A stretch of 64,000 bases of DNA from Daphnia carinata. Its lineage: Eukaryota. Every line of letters begins with the position of its first letter. The first letter of the stretch is position 1. Shown here in pieces: positions 24,146 through 38,900 of this stretch. A program made the position numbers and the translations under genes. The stretch lies in NCBI RefSeq assembly GCF_022539665.2, contig NC_081333.1, forward strand, positions 4,836,001 through 4,900,000, written 5' to 3'. The notes below the pieces were generated by a model, which was not told the DNA's origin, made no database searches, and was given only the letters and a program-made list of their open reading frames with translations.

Positions 24146-26500
24146 CTAATTTGACAGTGAAATAAGTGCAGACTGGTCAATTTGCAGGAGTTCAGTATAT
24201 ACCTAAAACAAAATGTTATTGGTATAATCTACAGGAACCATAATTTATTGTTACTTACTTGCGTCATAAATGGCCTCCGTTTCTTTTCTTGAATGCAAGA
24301 TAACGCTATAGAATGTAAAGTTGAAGCCATGTTCTCTGGCAGTGGAACTATTTTAGGATCTAATAATTGAATGAAGTTGGTATCATCCAGAGCTGAGTCA
24401 ACATGTGAAATCTGCAATGAAAGCTTTATCAGTATTTAAACTTTGAAACTTGTACTTAACATAAATACTATCTTATTTTACTCAATCGTGATGGGCAAAT
24501 CAGCAAGGCCAAATGTTTAATTAGAACAAAATGTCATTAATTCCGTATTAATTTACATTCTCTACGGAAGAAAAATATCATTACGCTCCCACCCAAAGAA
24601 AAAACGAAATGCAAATTGATGGAAAACTAATGTGAAGAGCTTTTTCTTCTTCGCCAAGTATTCACTTACCAAGTCGTTGCCATCTCGTTCTTCATCATAA
24701 GGTGGAAGGCCGGTGAGCAATTCCAAGATGATCTACAGATTAGAGATAGACTTTAAGAACCGGCTATTTTTTTTTTTCTTTTTCATTTTAGATCAGCAAC
24801 TTACCACTCCGAAGCTAAAGGTATCAAGTTTCACCGAAATATCACCCCGAAAAGCTTTGGCCAAGAAACGGAATCACGATAAAGACGTGGACAATATAAA
24901 TTTATGAACGTCATCTAAAAAATTAATTTAAAACACCTTCTGGAGCCATATACGCTGAAGTTCCTAAAACGTTCGATGTGAAAGCTATACTTTTGGAACC
25001 TCGCCCAGTAGCACCGATTCGGATAAGGCCAAAATCTCCTAGCTGAAAAAGAAAAAAAAAACAAGTTCTTGGGAAACTTTAAAAAAAATAAAAAATTCTT
25101 ATTCAAATTACGTACTTTTGCCTTCATGTCATGATCAAGGAGAATGTTGGCACTTTTAACGTCTCGATGAACAAGCGGTTGGGCTCTTCCCGTGTGCAAA
25201 TAAATTAGCGCTGAAATATCTGTCACATAAGCCATTGAATTTAAAAGAGCATTGCTACAAACAAACAAAACCTTTTGCTACGCCATGCGCGACGTCAAGT
25301 CTTTGATTCCATTGTAATGGAGAAGTTCCTCCCTACAACGTGAGTTGAAATGAGAACTTTTGGGTCAAAATATTTTGCATTACTATGGCGGATACCTCGC
25401 AAGCTAATCGAGCTTCTAGTGATCCATTCGGAATAAATGGGTAAACAAGACAGCAGTCCGGTCCATCTGCGGAATACGCTAGAAGAGCTAACAAGTTTTC
25501 ATGTACATATTTGGACATTGTTTCTACTTCTGTTCGGAAAAGTCGATTTATGTCAATGTCTACATCTGCCTTAAGCCAAAACAGGAAGTTAAACCATTTT
25601 CTTGTACATTTTTCTCAATAATGAAGCTAAATGTACCTTTTGATTGTGGAGTCTTTTTACAGCTACTTTAGTTTGAATAGGTAGTTTCAATTTTTGATAG
25701 ATCTGAATGCCTCTACTGTCTAAACGTTGATTTTCTTGTAGCATACCAAGAAACACTGTGCCAAATGCCCCAGCACCTAAGAGATCAAACATTAACAATT
25801 TCAACTTTATGTGGAAGTTTAAAAGCATTACCTAGTTTTCGACCATTGGAAACTGGATTCTGGTCAAAGTCGTTAGTCAAATATTCTAGATCAGTATACG
25901 GTAAATGTGGCAATATAGTGTTAAAATCTTCAAACGGGGTCTGTGAAGGAATCTTTTTCTGCTGAAAACATTTTAGGTGTTCATTGGTTGCCTCCAATAT
26001 TGTTTGATCAATTAAATCAAATGTATTGCTTTGAGCCAAATTTATGTCAGCAATGTTGGAGGGTACAATTGCTGATGGACCATTAGTAGGCCTTTCTAGA
26101 GGACTACCTTCAAGAAGATCCTCAGATAGGTAATCTGCCGCTTGATATAATTCCAACTTGACAAGTAGCTGAATAAGCTCTTGAATAGTTGGCCTTTTTT
26201 TGCCACTGGTTCCCCATTCATCAATAAGAATCTCAAAAGCAGGCTTAATTTGTCGTTTAGCTTCATTCTCAATCAACCTAGTACAAAACTGGAAACATTT
26301 TTATCTCTGGGTTTTTCAAGAAATATGGCAGTGTTTATTTACCTGACATCTTCCGACGAATACTTCTTTGTTTCTCCGTTTTCAGCGGATTTAGGGATAG
26401 CTCCCATTAAAATTTTCCAACTGTTATTAACATCTAACATAGCCGAAAGTCGGGATCTCGCCTGGATCGGCATTTTGCGAATTTCCAATTCTGGATTCAT
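24146..26500 (-). CDS. tube: Tube/IRAK4-like death-domain Ser/Thr kinase (Toll pathway), 11 exons, 500 aa
   Basis: Exons 26500-26343, 26277-25832, 25776-25637, 25569-25396, 25332-25272, 25210-25116, 25042-24937, 24854-24805, 24732-24670, 24411-24259 and 24202-24146 splice in frame. Tube-type death domain (IDEWGTSGKKRPT...ELYQAADYL...RPTNGP). Kinase motifs GAGAFG, VAVK, CLVY (Tyr gatekeeper), HRDVKSAN (RD kinase, unlike Pelle), DFG, GTSAYMAPE. Confidence 0.9.
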
Positions 26501-29500
26501 TTTCTTTTTGTTTTTATCACTTTGCAGGTGCTGCAGGTTTGTTTAACTATAGCGCTTGTGTTCGGATTGGCCACTATTTTCAAAACAAATTTCGACTGCT
26601 ATTGCTAGGTGACGCTGACAACAAATAAAGTCCCACCCATATTTCCAGGTCGTTCTGCACCGAGTTTGGACATGACGGTATAAGCCTAACGGATTTTCAT
26701 CCCAATTTTGCAACTTTACATCGATATTTAACCATGTTTAACTGAGGGGCAAATTTTCTACAATTTTGCCATCCATTACCAGTGTTGATTACCACTGTGA
26801 TACACTGTAGCTTGTTGCAAGATGAGCACCGCGCTTACAACCCCCCTGCAAATCCATTCAAATTTTCGATTAGTGAATAGGTATCTGAAAATTGTATTTT
26901 AGGTGGCAGGCAAACGAAGCCACTGAAAACGCAGCCGAAATGCAGTGAAAAAAATGACTGGCAATAAGGAAAACTAATTTGAAAATCAAGAAAAGAAATA
27001 GCTTTCTTGTTGTTGTGGATTTATGGATGCTAAAAATGGTTTCGCATTAATTGTCTACCTGTGATGTGTCGATCACAAAAAATGTAAGTGAAAAAGATGA
27101 TTCTGAATAACTGCATATTCAACAATGTTGGAGGCGGACGATAATGCTTAAAAAAACGTACAACCCTCAACATTGGATGCAAATAAACTATTCGGGACAA
27201 ATGGCAGAGAAAGTCAAGTTGTTAGATAGAAAAAAAAGCGTCTAGATTCAATTGGCAATATCAAATTTGAGCAGTCTTGCAAGGCTACTACTAATAGAAG
27301 CTTTTGAGCTGTATGGGCTTTAAGATAATCTTTGGGAAACCTACTGTATAGTTTAAACTTCTTTTTATTCTCTTGTTGAGCCAATAAAATAAAATGGCAA
27401 TAATTAGAGAGTAAAATGTTAAAATTTGAAAAAGAAATTGAAGCTAAAACTAATTTTTTCGAAGTATTCTTCCAGAAAACAACGGTTAATGCGTATTTAC
27501 AGCAATTAATGCTAAACTAAACTGTCCATCACTTCAAGACTGCAAATGTTGCTGGCACTTGAAAAATTGGATCAATCTAATCATTTGCATTTCAGCTGCA
27601 TACTTTTCAAAGCCACTGCGGGAGATCTAATGCTTTAGAAAAAAATTAGTACGTAACGGATGGTTCATGAAATGAGTGTTAGCACAGAAAACTAGTTTTC
27701 GCTAAATTAGACAAGCGATTGCTCTGCTGCTTCGATATCGTCTAACGGTACCAAGCATCACTCCATCGGATATTTATTTCTCACTGACACGTTTCTTGTT
27801 CCGCGTGCTGGTCGCAAACGGTTGCAAAAGACAAGAATTCATTTGAAACATTATGAAGGAATCGTAAATTTCCATGTACATTTAACTTGGAAAATTAGAG
27901 CAGTACATAACGACTGTCTGTGACTGTGGTGAAAAATCAAAACTGCGAACGCAAAGTGCTAGCAAAATTTGATCGGCATTCACGAGTCAAAGCTATTGCA
28001 GTCCCGATTTTCTATCACGAATTTCGTTAACCTCGTCGCCTTTGACAGAGGTATCTTTTAAGAAAATGCAAAAGACAAGTGGAAATAAGAATTCTCTTCA
28101 AAGCTCTTTGCCTAGGCTGCATACAGTACATGAAATTATGACGCGTAAATTTAAGCAAGCGATCAATCTACCGTAAAACGCATTCACTTTTGGAGGAGTA
28201 TAACGCACTGGTGATCGCGCCATCTATAAACTACCTTAGAAACGGTTTTATTAGTGGTGTAGATACAACTAATCTCATAAGCATTGAGCATTGCATTCTG
28301 ATGACGGGGTTGCGTGGGATCCCGACTTTGGCGAATCAATACTCGTATCTAGGAGGAGAGACACAGACGTAAGGAATGTAACTTACCATTAGTGTCAGGC
28401 AGATCTACTACTCGCCGACTTCAAAAGGGACGTTCATCTAGCAAAGAGTAGATTTCGCAAGATGAATCACGCAATTACTTGCAATACACTAGACACTGTA
28501 TACAGAGCGGCCAAGTCAACAGCTTGGTTAACAATGCCAAAGCATTTCATGTGGTCATTTTCTAAGCCGATAGCTAACACGAGAAAAAGATTTAAATGTT
28601 CGATTGTTTTTGTGTTTTGTTTCAACTACAGGTACGGCCAGTGTTCCAGTGTGTGCCTCAATGAGCTAGATAGCGAAGAGAAGAGAGCCGTGAAAAGGAG
28701 AGCAAGTCGATAAAGAGACTTGTCGCACCATTTCAGGGGGATTTTGTGCATAGCTAATGGGGACGGCCTGCAGCAGTTTTACACCCTGGCCAAGAGTATA
28801 CGGCGAGCTTGCTCCATGCTTTATCGGACTAACGCTACTGGTTTTGCGTTGCTGTATTGATCTGCCAGCCAAAAAGAGGAGGGACATGGCAAAAAGGCTG
28901 GGACGTGGGAGGAGGCGACGGCAGTCGAAACCGACAGAAAGTTGCAACGGTGGCGTCGTCGAGCGGTGGGATGCGGCGCGACGCCAACGTCACTCACAAC
29001 CAATTCGTATCAAATATGGAACGGATCTCGGAAGATGAGACCAAGAGCCAAAGAGCTGAAGGAAAGGGGTGGCAGAAGGCTTGGGGGGGGGGGGGGGGGC
29101 CTTGGAAAAAAACAAAATATTTCTACATTATTATTGCAAAAAAAAAAAAAATTGTAATAATAATAAAGTAAACATAAATAAATAAATAATAAAAAAAAAA
29201 TGGCCAGATTGAGAAAAAGAGAATCAGTCGTAGAAAAAAGAGGCTACAGTACAAAGAGTAGGCAAAAAAAAGAAAAGCCATGCTCTTGATAAATTTCCCG
29301 AGAGAACTCCTTGAATCGTGTTTTAGATTTCAATATCACGGCTGATGGTTTCCTCGCGGCGGCGACCGTCTTCTTCCTATTCTCTTCGTTCTCCCACTCA
29401 TTCCCCATCACGCGTTTTTGCCCTTTCGTTCCTCTTTATCCCAGTTCGGTGTTCCTTTTTCGTTTCATTATACGTAATTATTATCATTTCATTTTTGTTT

Positions 29501-31921
29501 TTTTTGTTTTTGTTTTTCTTTTTGCTTCACGGTGGTGTGTTTGTCTCTTTCGTGATGGGAACGATGCAGTGAAAAAAAAAAAGAAATAGAGCAATCCGAA
29601 AGGCCTGGAGGCGTACGAATGTGTTATCATGGCGAGTGATTTGAAGCCTCTGTCACATAGTCTACACCTAGCACGCACACGGTTAAGACACGTGGCTTCA
29701 TGAATTGCAGACGAAAATAGAAATCATTAAAACAATGACACTTTGCAAAATTCATTTCTAAAGCAGCTGCATTTAAAAAAACGGGATACGTGGAAGGAAC
29801 TGACGCTGACAAATGGCAACGAAAGAACAAGCAAAAACGGATCGAAAAAATTGTACGCTCATCTCTTACTCATTGATAGAATGTAACATCGTCTACGTTT
29901 TGAATCGGATATAGATTCGTGACATGGGTATCAGTAAAGAGTGCTCGCAAACTGCTCCACGTGGATTCGAATCCATCCATCAATCAACATTTTGTATGTC
30001 GATGGACAGCGTAACCAACGGACGCTCCCTCTATCATTGCGGATGTATGACATGCGCTGCGCGCGTTGTCCACATTTTTGGTCTTGCTCTCATTGCGTCC
30101 ATCTCGTGTCAAATAGATGATAAGAGTCGGGACAGCGACCAGAGGCACGCTAAGCTAATCGATTAGCAACTGTGCGGTGCCACTGTTTTAACACTGACAC
30201 TAAGCTGAGTACAGAATCATTGCGACAGTTATGACATTTTTTTTTTTTCCATACAAAATGCACTTATTTAGCTTTCTATCGGAAGCTTCGCCCATTTTTC
30301 GTATTCGTTAGAGTGATGACATTGCTGACACATCGTCCCGTGTGTTGGTGCATTAACAAGAAAAGCAACAAACACAAGAAAATATGCGACGGCCATTCAC
30401 AATGTCATGGCTTCTCCGAGTTGACCGACAAAATCGGACTTGATCCAACGCCATAAATTAAATAAATATACTTATATTATTGCACTACTGACTACTACTC
30501 GACCAAGAGTACAGCATGTGTTGACAAAAGTGATACCGGTTTTAGCCACTCTGCGCCAAAATCTCGGCTGTAATTTGTCGCCAGCCGGGGCCGCCCCAGT
30601 CATTTATCGTGCTACTTTATCGCCGGGAATAAGGCAACACACACAACTGGTGTTTGCGTTGCGCACCTGGGACCATACGGGATATGATTGATTGTTACAA
30701 TTGATTTTTGTTTTTTTATTATTATTTATGTCGCTATTGAAAACATTAGGGAAGCCACAAGTGGATTTTGTGTTATGGTCCATACAACCAGGTGGCAGGT
30801 GGCCTCATTTGCCTATATGGAAATCATTATTTGTTAAAAAATGAGCCGTAGTGGATGAAGAATGAGTTCCGTTGTTGGTTAGCAACCTCGTAATGACCTT
30901 TGCGTGAAGCGTCAGTCATTCGCCCGGTAGCGAGTGTCCAGTCAACGTCGACTGCCGGCCGGATGGTGAGCTGAAATGAATTCCAACGGCGGTATTGATC
31001 AACCAGCAACCTTCTCTCATCTCTTCTTCTTCTCTAGTTTCTCTTCATCTTTTTTTTTTTTTTTTTTTTCTCTTCATTTTCCTTGTTTTCTTTCTTTCTT
31101 CTTACTCGTCTTATTCCCCTTCTCGCTCCGTTTTCTTATTTATTTTATTTTATTTTTTTTGCGTGTTTTATGCCTTTTGGTTTTGACGGGCATCCCAGTG
31201 TGCAACTAGGATGCCAATGCGGATAAAGGTACGCAATCGAATTTACGTCATAACCAACAGAAGAAAAAAAGAAATTCGAAAGAACGTCGGTAATATTTTA
31301 GACTGCCAAATAAAAAAAAAAACAATCTTTTTTTTTTTTTTTTTCAGAAAAGAAAGAGAGATAACTGTTGGGAAGAGTCGACCAATTACGAATGAACCTT
31401 AAGCAAGGCCCAAAGGAAAAAAAAAAAAAACGGGATGCAATGGTTTTCGGTTCGCCAATCCGCGGTTTCAAACGCCTGCCAAACGACGGTTGACTCACGA
31501 ACTTGGCCAGATCATTCAAACATTTCAAAAAAAAAAAAAAAAAAAAACTGTGGCAAACAACTGCCATTTTTGCTGTAGCTCTTTCGAACGAAACCCATCC
31601 AACCGAACCATAACACTAACCTCACCTGAGTTACAACATTTAGGGGTTAGGTAAGGCACGACGGCGCCATACCATGTTGTTTTCACTAAGGTTATACAGG
31701 TAAAAAGCAGGTCTCTGTGGCGACTAGCATATAGTTGCGCACACGTCACGACGTATCGTAGTCAACTATTGCAATCGAATCTTTTGGGGTATAAATTATA
31801 AGGGGGGTCGGAATGAAAAGAAGAGGCAGATAGGAGAAAGAGGCCGTATATACTCTAATATTATTTAGAGGTACAAACCGAAAAAGAGAGAAAGAGAGAA
31901 AGAGAGAAAGGAAGAAACGAC

Positions 31922-31928
<7 letters not shown>

Positions 31929-31960
<32 letters not shown>

Positions 31961-31965
31961 AACGC

Positions 31966-32002
<37 letters not shown>
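31929..32002. repeat. Adjacent (GA)n and (TG)18 microsatellites
   Basis: Directly visible; lie just upstream of the putative turtle transcription start. Confidence 0.9.
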
Positions 32003-32004
<2 letters not shown>

Positions 32005-32049
32005 ATGGGGACTGACAGTGGGGGACTGGGCTTGCCCGAGCTTTAGACC

Positions 32050-32949
32050 GTCAGTCCCCTAACAGCCGCCATATCGGACGGTTGCAGTCGCTATTTTCCT
32101 CAGCGTTTTCACCTTTCCGATCGATCTCTGAACGCCTTGCTGTTGTTCTTCTTGTTCCACGCTGGCCAACACCCCTCTCTCAACCCCTAAACGGACGTTG
32201 GCTCTTACGCTCACTTACACCTACCTCGGTTACACCCCGAACTAGAGCAAAAAGAAATATCCGTTCATTTTTATCGTTGTTTGGTTTTTTTTTTTTTTTT
32301 TTTTTTTTACATTTGCTCCACTGACGAAAACGACCACACGTTTCGATCGCATTGAACATCGTACGAAAAAAAAAAAAAAAAAAAAAAAAAACACGAGGGG
32401 GCGAACATCTTTGATGAGTGCGTTGACAAGAGTTTTGCCGTAGCGATTGGGGATTGTGTGGCTGGATGTGCTGTGCTGTCGTGTCGTGTACGGTGAGACA
32501 ACGGTGCAAACAAAAAAAAAAAGAAATTGTTGAACGACCAGTAGAAAACCGCCCTTTTTGACGGTTTGGGAATTGATCGTCGTTTCTTCTTCGTCATCCC
32601 TTTGCCAGCTCAACACTTAGACACGCAACATTGACAAGCAAGACGCCGGGTTGACAGTCGTCGACGACACTCTCTCTGGGTATCTGTGTTCATGTGTGTG
32701 TATTCTCTGCGTGTGTGTGTGTGAGTGTGTATGTGTGATTGTGCGTCTGTGTGTGTGTGTGTTTCTGTAGCGCGTGTGGGCTTTGGCAAGCCGTGATTAG
32801 TTCCTGGTCATCGCGCGCCTTCCTCAACCAAGATCTCGCTTTTTTCCGAAATCACGTTCCTGCCCGACTTCCAACACCTTGGCCCGCGTCTGACATAGAA
32901 CCTTTAAAGGGATTACTACTCGTCCCGGTCAAGGAACACTTTGACAAAG
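32050..32949 (+). promoter_or_regulatory. Putative start and first exon of turtle
   Basis: Inr-like TCAGTC (32051) and GCAGTC (~32084) follow the GAGA tracts. Strong donor AAG/GTAAGA at 32949/32950, phase-compatible with the exon at 60513. The link to turtle is inferred only. Confidence 0.4.
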
Positions 32950-35900
32950 GTAAGAATTACAAAAAAAAAAAAACAATTGCCTAAACATCGTCTAGCAATA
33001 GCGTGTTTGCATTAGGGATAACTAGTAAACAATCAGCACACAACTTGCACCCAATGCCAAGTCCAAATTGGCAGTTTCCTGTCCAAATTCTGTGATCCGT
33101 TTTTTTGTTGTTCTTCTTTTATTTCAAGCTTTCCACATGTTATTTGAATGAAGGCAAGAAAGAAAGAAAAAGAGAACCAGACACTGTCGTTCACCTATAC
33201 GAAATCAACCGGTCTGTTTACTTCTCTTCCTCCCTCTTACGTTCTGACAAATCCGATTGATATCGTCTGGTAGCAATCCATCCGTTCAATCCCTTTTTTT
33301 GTTTCAATAAAAATACTCGTATCAAGGTCTTCCATTTTCTTTTTTCGTGGTTTCCCCCTCTCAGTACCTGTTTTGTTATTGAATCATGTGCTTCGAGAAG
33401 CGCCCAGTAGATTTGATTGACGTTCGATTCCGGTACAACGGCTGTCAATTAACTGGTAATTATTCTCGTAACGCGTGTGGCTCTTGATTGTGAATTAGTT
33501 GAATGCAACACAAGCAAAACTTTCAGTTACCCAGGTAGTCAATTGCCTAGCCAGAAACCAGATTTGTTTTTTTTTGTTTTTTTGTTTTTGTTTAAGTTCC
33601 AGACATGCAAAGCATTTCTTGATTCCGACACGGACTTTTTATTTTTCTTTTTTTTTTTCCTATTTTTTAATTTCTCATCGTCGTTTGCGTAGAGGGGAAC
33701 GAACAAGAGAAAGAAAGAGGTGGGAAATGGGAAGCCTCTAGGTGGGATGAGGCCAAAAAAGAGTCGTGAAGCGTCTACTTTTGGCGGTTAGCCTCGGGGC
33801 GGGCCGAAGACCTGTGTCTCAGGTTGAAAATGAAAGAAGAGATAAAAACTGGGAAAGGAAAGAAAAAGGGGGAAAAAGGAAGACGATGAAACAGGAAAAA
33901 AAATAAAAAAGGTTATACGAACAGAGAAAACAAAGAATCGAAATAGAACAAAAATTAAATGAAGAAGAATAGTGTTACTGCTTGGCACGTACCGTTTGCA
34001 AAGGTGAAAAATGTTTCAGTTTTTTTTTTTTTTTTTGAACCACAAGCTGAACATTTAGGGCCGCTATGCGACAGTCGATTCCGGCGTTTGAATTTAGCAG
34101 CCGACGCCTGTACGAAAAAAAAATAAAAATAAAAACCATTCCCCTTTGCAACGTACGGTATATTTTATGTCTTTTTCGTCCTCGCTTCGGTCGTAATCGT
34201 TGTCGAAGGTACGTATGCACAGTGCAATAAAAATCGTGGCCCAGAAAACAAGCGAGAAAGAAAACAAGAATACAAAATAGAGAAAGAAACAAACTAAGAA
34301 ACAACGATGAAGGAAGTGGAGGTCGATATTGTTGCGTGAGTATGCGCGTCGGCAAAACGCGCAGGAGGTGGGTACAGAGGTGAACGAAACCGTCTGAATA
34401 AAGTAGGTGACTAAAAAAAAAAGAAAAAGAAAAATGAAAAAAAGAGAGAGAGAGAGAGAGAGAGACGGAACGACAACGACGGTTTGTGCTGGCCCGGAAA
34501 ATGTTTTGAAGGCCAGACTCGGTAGAAGAGCCGTTGGTTTTTGTCGTCTGCCATGCACGCAACTCATCTACTACGTTAAAGGTTCCCCACGTATACGTGT
34601 GCAAGTAGGATATAGAGGGCGAAGAGGAATGGGAACCCCGAGTGGCAAGAGTTCTACTGCAATGGACCCTCTAAAAAAGAAAAAGAAAAAGGGAGAGGTG
34701 GAAGCGAACACGGAGAGAAGGGGGAAAGGAGAGGTGGGGGGAGGGGAAAGAGAGGGAAGGGGACACCCGAGGTAAGACAGCCATTCAAAACTGGTGGAAA
34801 AAGAAGCGCAGGCATTCTTTTCTTAGGAGGGTCTCTCTCTCTCTCTCATCTCTCTCTACGTTGCCACTATTCTTGGTGCTTTTCATCTCTTGCGCCAAGC
34901 CACCTCCCATTTTGCTCCATGCTGAATTCTCCTCGCTTCTTTTTTTCTTTTTTATTATTCATTTTTTTTTTCTTGTATGTCTGTGTGTGTTGGGGAAAGG
35001 AAGAATAAAAAAAAAAAAAAAAAGATGAAAAGAGATTTGGAAAGGAAAGAATAAAACCTACGCCAAGCTGCTTTAATAATTCATCAGTCATTTCGTTTTT
35101 TTTTTTTTTTGAGGGGGGGGGGGTTTGGTTTTTCTCCCTCGGCCGCTAGTTGTGTTTCTACTGCGATAGAAATCAACCGCGTTCGACCTGGCCATCGCCG
35201 CCGTCGTCCTCTGCGCTTACGGACTGGATGGAATGCGAACCGCTATCGCATTCTCTTCTTCATTGCATCTTTGTTTTATTTATAAGATTCTCTCTTTTCG
35301 TTCATTCTTTCTTCTTCTTATTCTTGAGAAGAAGGAAAGAAGGACGATGGAGTTGCAAGATTTTTTTTTTTTTTTTTTTTTTTTCGTTTTTGACATCCTG
35401 TAATCGAAGATGGATACAAGATGAAGCGTTGGACGTCGGAGAGAAGAGGGAAAAACGAAACCGATGACGAGAAAGGAATCCATGTTAATAGTTTTTCTAT
35501 TGTACTGCACTTCTACGCTTGTAACGTATCCTTTAGCTTGCAGCGTAGTGCTTACCTTTATTCTAATTGAAGCTCCCCCTCCCCCTTGGCTTTCGCACTC
35601 AGCTAATCGTCATATTTTGGTAGAATAGTCTCAATAATTAAAGAACACAAACAGCTGGATAAGCTTTGATTTATTTTATTTTTTTTAATGCTTCGAAAAC
35701 AAAGTAGTTCGATATTCAGATTAATGGAACGGTCAGTCATTGACCAAACATGTTCCAAAACGAATAGGGCTTTTGATTTTCGTTTTGTCTGACTTTGTCT
35801 TGGCAACACCGCGTGTGTGTGTGTATGTGTGCCTACTTCTGCTATACGATCAGCTGTTAAAAAGAAAAAAATATAAGTACCTCCCCCCTTTTTCTTTTGT

Positions 35901-38900
35901 TTTGCCAACCATTATATGGGCCGCTAAAGCGGCGGATGCTGAAACAGCTCTCTCGAAGACTTTCTAGCTTCTCTCTCAACTTATCCCGGACACAGTGCGA
36001 ACATATCGTTCTCGTCTCTGCCCACTTGTCTTCTTTCGTCGACTCGTTTTTGTGTGTGTGTGTGTGTGTGTGTGTGAAGACCTATTCGACCAGACCATCC
36101 ATTTTAACGGCGCCCTTTTTGTGGGAGGGTCAGTGAAATAAATAATAAAAAGAAAACGAACAAGACAGTAGAAAATAAAGAGAGAGAGAGAGAGGGAGGA
36201 AGGATAGAAAGTGTCGGGTCACCCTACCTCGGCCTACACCTGATCGGCTCTACACCGTTGCACAAAACTCTTCAGGAGAAATCAGGAGAGAGAGAGAGAG
36301 AGAAAAAAAGGAAAGGAGGCGGAGACGCTTCCACCCAGACATCATAGTTCAAGTTTCACAATTTTCTTTGGTGTGCTTTCTATCGAGTTAGGTCGACACA
36401 GTCTAGCCGCGATGAAAACTGCCAACAGTTTGAACAAGATTTCCCACCGATAAGGGAAAACGAAATATTCAAAAAAAAAAAAAAAAGATTGTCAAAAATC
36501 TTTTGAAACGTATCTGGTCATACACGTTTACCTATTGGGTACAACCAATTCACTTTGACGTTTTAAAGTTTGAAATTTCATGGTGAAAAACTACAAAGCG
36601 ACGCGAACTGGCCAGGGGTAATAGAAAGGCAGTTAACTAGAAAAAGCGTTGTCAGGATATCCGATACCAATAAAGAGTCAACAGGACTACATTCTAAAAA
36701 CAAAAATGAAATAAAGAAAAGAAAGAGAGAGAGAACTGTGAGGAATGCGGCATTCTGTCACGCATGCGCGTAAAAAGGCTGAGAATGAATTATTCTGTTT
36801 GTTGGTTTAACGGTACATGTTCTATACCAATAACATTAGCACCACCCATCACTCAACTGGCGGTCCGCCAGCTCTGCTATTTCACCTGAGGGCAAATGCA
36901 TTTCCATATCGAACGAGCACCGATGAGTTTGATCGGACAACCTGCAGTCATATTTCATTTCTCACAATGGAACCACCGAATAGAAGCGACGCCGTTCACC
37001 GTGAAAACTTTTGCCTTTTCGTCTGTTTTGTAGGCCCTCAACCTTTTTCTTTTTTCTTTTCGTCTACTCAATTTTTTGTTTGTTTTTGTTTTGTTTTTTT
37101 ATTTTTTTTTTTTCCCGGGGGTAGCTTGCTGTGTCGACTAAATGAAATCGAATCGCTCACCAGATGACGAATGCGCATGTCAAGAAATCCCGTAAAAAAG
37201 GGAAACATACAAAACAAATAAACATGCAGTGATCATCCTTGAACTTCCTGTTCGGTTACGATGCATTCCTATGAACAGGCACGGACGATTATTCCACTGT
37301 GGTTCTTGTTTTTTTTTTCGAAAATGAGCTTGTGGTTGTCAATGAATTATTCCTTTTGGCCTGCAGGGGTTATAAGAAAAATCGAAGCTTGCCAGCTGTT
37401 GTGTTTGCTCTAACTTTTTATATGAAGCAATTGGTCCAGGTGAAGAACCCATATCAAATGATTAAAGTGTGTCACATTAGAGGACGCGGCGATTGAGCGG
37501 CGTTCGGATTGTGATGTCATCTGCTATTCGTCTATATATACAAAGATAAAGGAAGTGCGAGGGGGGGGGGGGGGAGAGAGGCTACAAACGACCAAATTCA
37601 ATTTCCCCCTAGAAATTGTAAGGGAAATCCTGGCCATAATTTCATTTTCTTTTTCGTTCACAAATTGTGTGAGCGGTGACGAAAGGCGGCATCGGTAGAT
37701 GTCGTGGGTCCAGGTGCAATGCCAAACGGGAGAAAAGGTGGGACCCCACATCGTAGGGGGTTTGGTACGCACGAATCCACGGCTAACCATCCATTTTCTA
37801 CAAACAAAATCAGGTTGATTGAATTATTGATTCGCTGAAAAACAAAAAACAGGAAAATAGGAAGAAAGAAAAAAAGGGAGGTGGGGGTGAGTGGGGAAAT
37901 CCATGGAGAAATATAATCAAGAAAAATAAAAAAAAAAAAAAAAAAAAAAAAAGCGAACAAGAGCAACGCTTTTTATGGCGTAGAAACAATGACCGACCAA
38001 GCGAACAAATGCAGTGTCCGCCCTCCCAATCCGTCAGTTCTAAATGAGCCTCGGTTCCGGCTAACAGCTACTCTGTATCTGTCCTTCTTTTTCCCTATTT
38101 TATGTTGTTTTTTTTTTGTTTTTTTTCTAGTTTTTCTTCTTGTTTTCTATTTGTCTATTTATTTTTGGCTGTCGGCTTCCTGGCGTACCGTGCGGTACAT
38201 ACGCATCGTGTGCAAAGGGAGGGGGGGGGGCAGCAGGTACCTTTTCGCTTTTTTGTTCATATTCTATACGTATATACACATACTATATGCAGCACATAAA
38301 CGTAGCCATCTCTCAGCTGCCTTTTTTTTTTCTTTTTTTTTTTTTATTTATGTATTTTTATTTATTTTTATTTTTTGCCCGCCATATACATTGTACATTC
38401 ATTGGAATCGTCGTTTGGCGTGACTAGCGGCTATAACACCAACGTAAAAACCGAAGGAACCGCGACCCATCGGCCACCCAAAAACCTCCTCGGCCGATTC
38501 CCTCCTCACGTCATTTCCATTCCACAAGGAGGACGTGAGCCAAGAGCTAGGCAGCCATATACACACTAGTCGTGTACATAATATTATGAAAGAGCGCCTC
38601 TATGTACACACACACACACACACACACAGCATAGCACGAGAGGTCGTTGCAACCCATTTTCGTATTCCTCTTTTTCTTGCCCTTCATTCCATTCCTTTCA
38701 CGCCATCACGTCCCGCACAGCGTGGCCCCTTCTCTACATAATCTTTCTTTTCTTCTTCTTCTTCTTCTTTTTTCTTTCGACCTGGCATCTGCTGCAGACG
38801 GTCGGGAAAATTGTTCAGCATGCCTATTATTGACGGCGCAGGTATACACACACACACACACACACACGCAGAACCCGTAGACGTCGTTTGCATGAAGAGG

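Noticed and set aside
26181..26546. 121-aa plus-strand ORF
   Set aside because: Antisense shadow of tube exons 1-2.
28666..29171. Cluster of overlapping GC-richer ORFs
   Set aside because: No domain similarity, no consistent splice structure, and they run into homopolymers.
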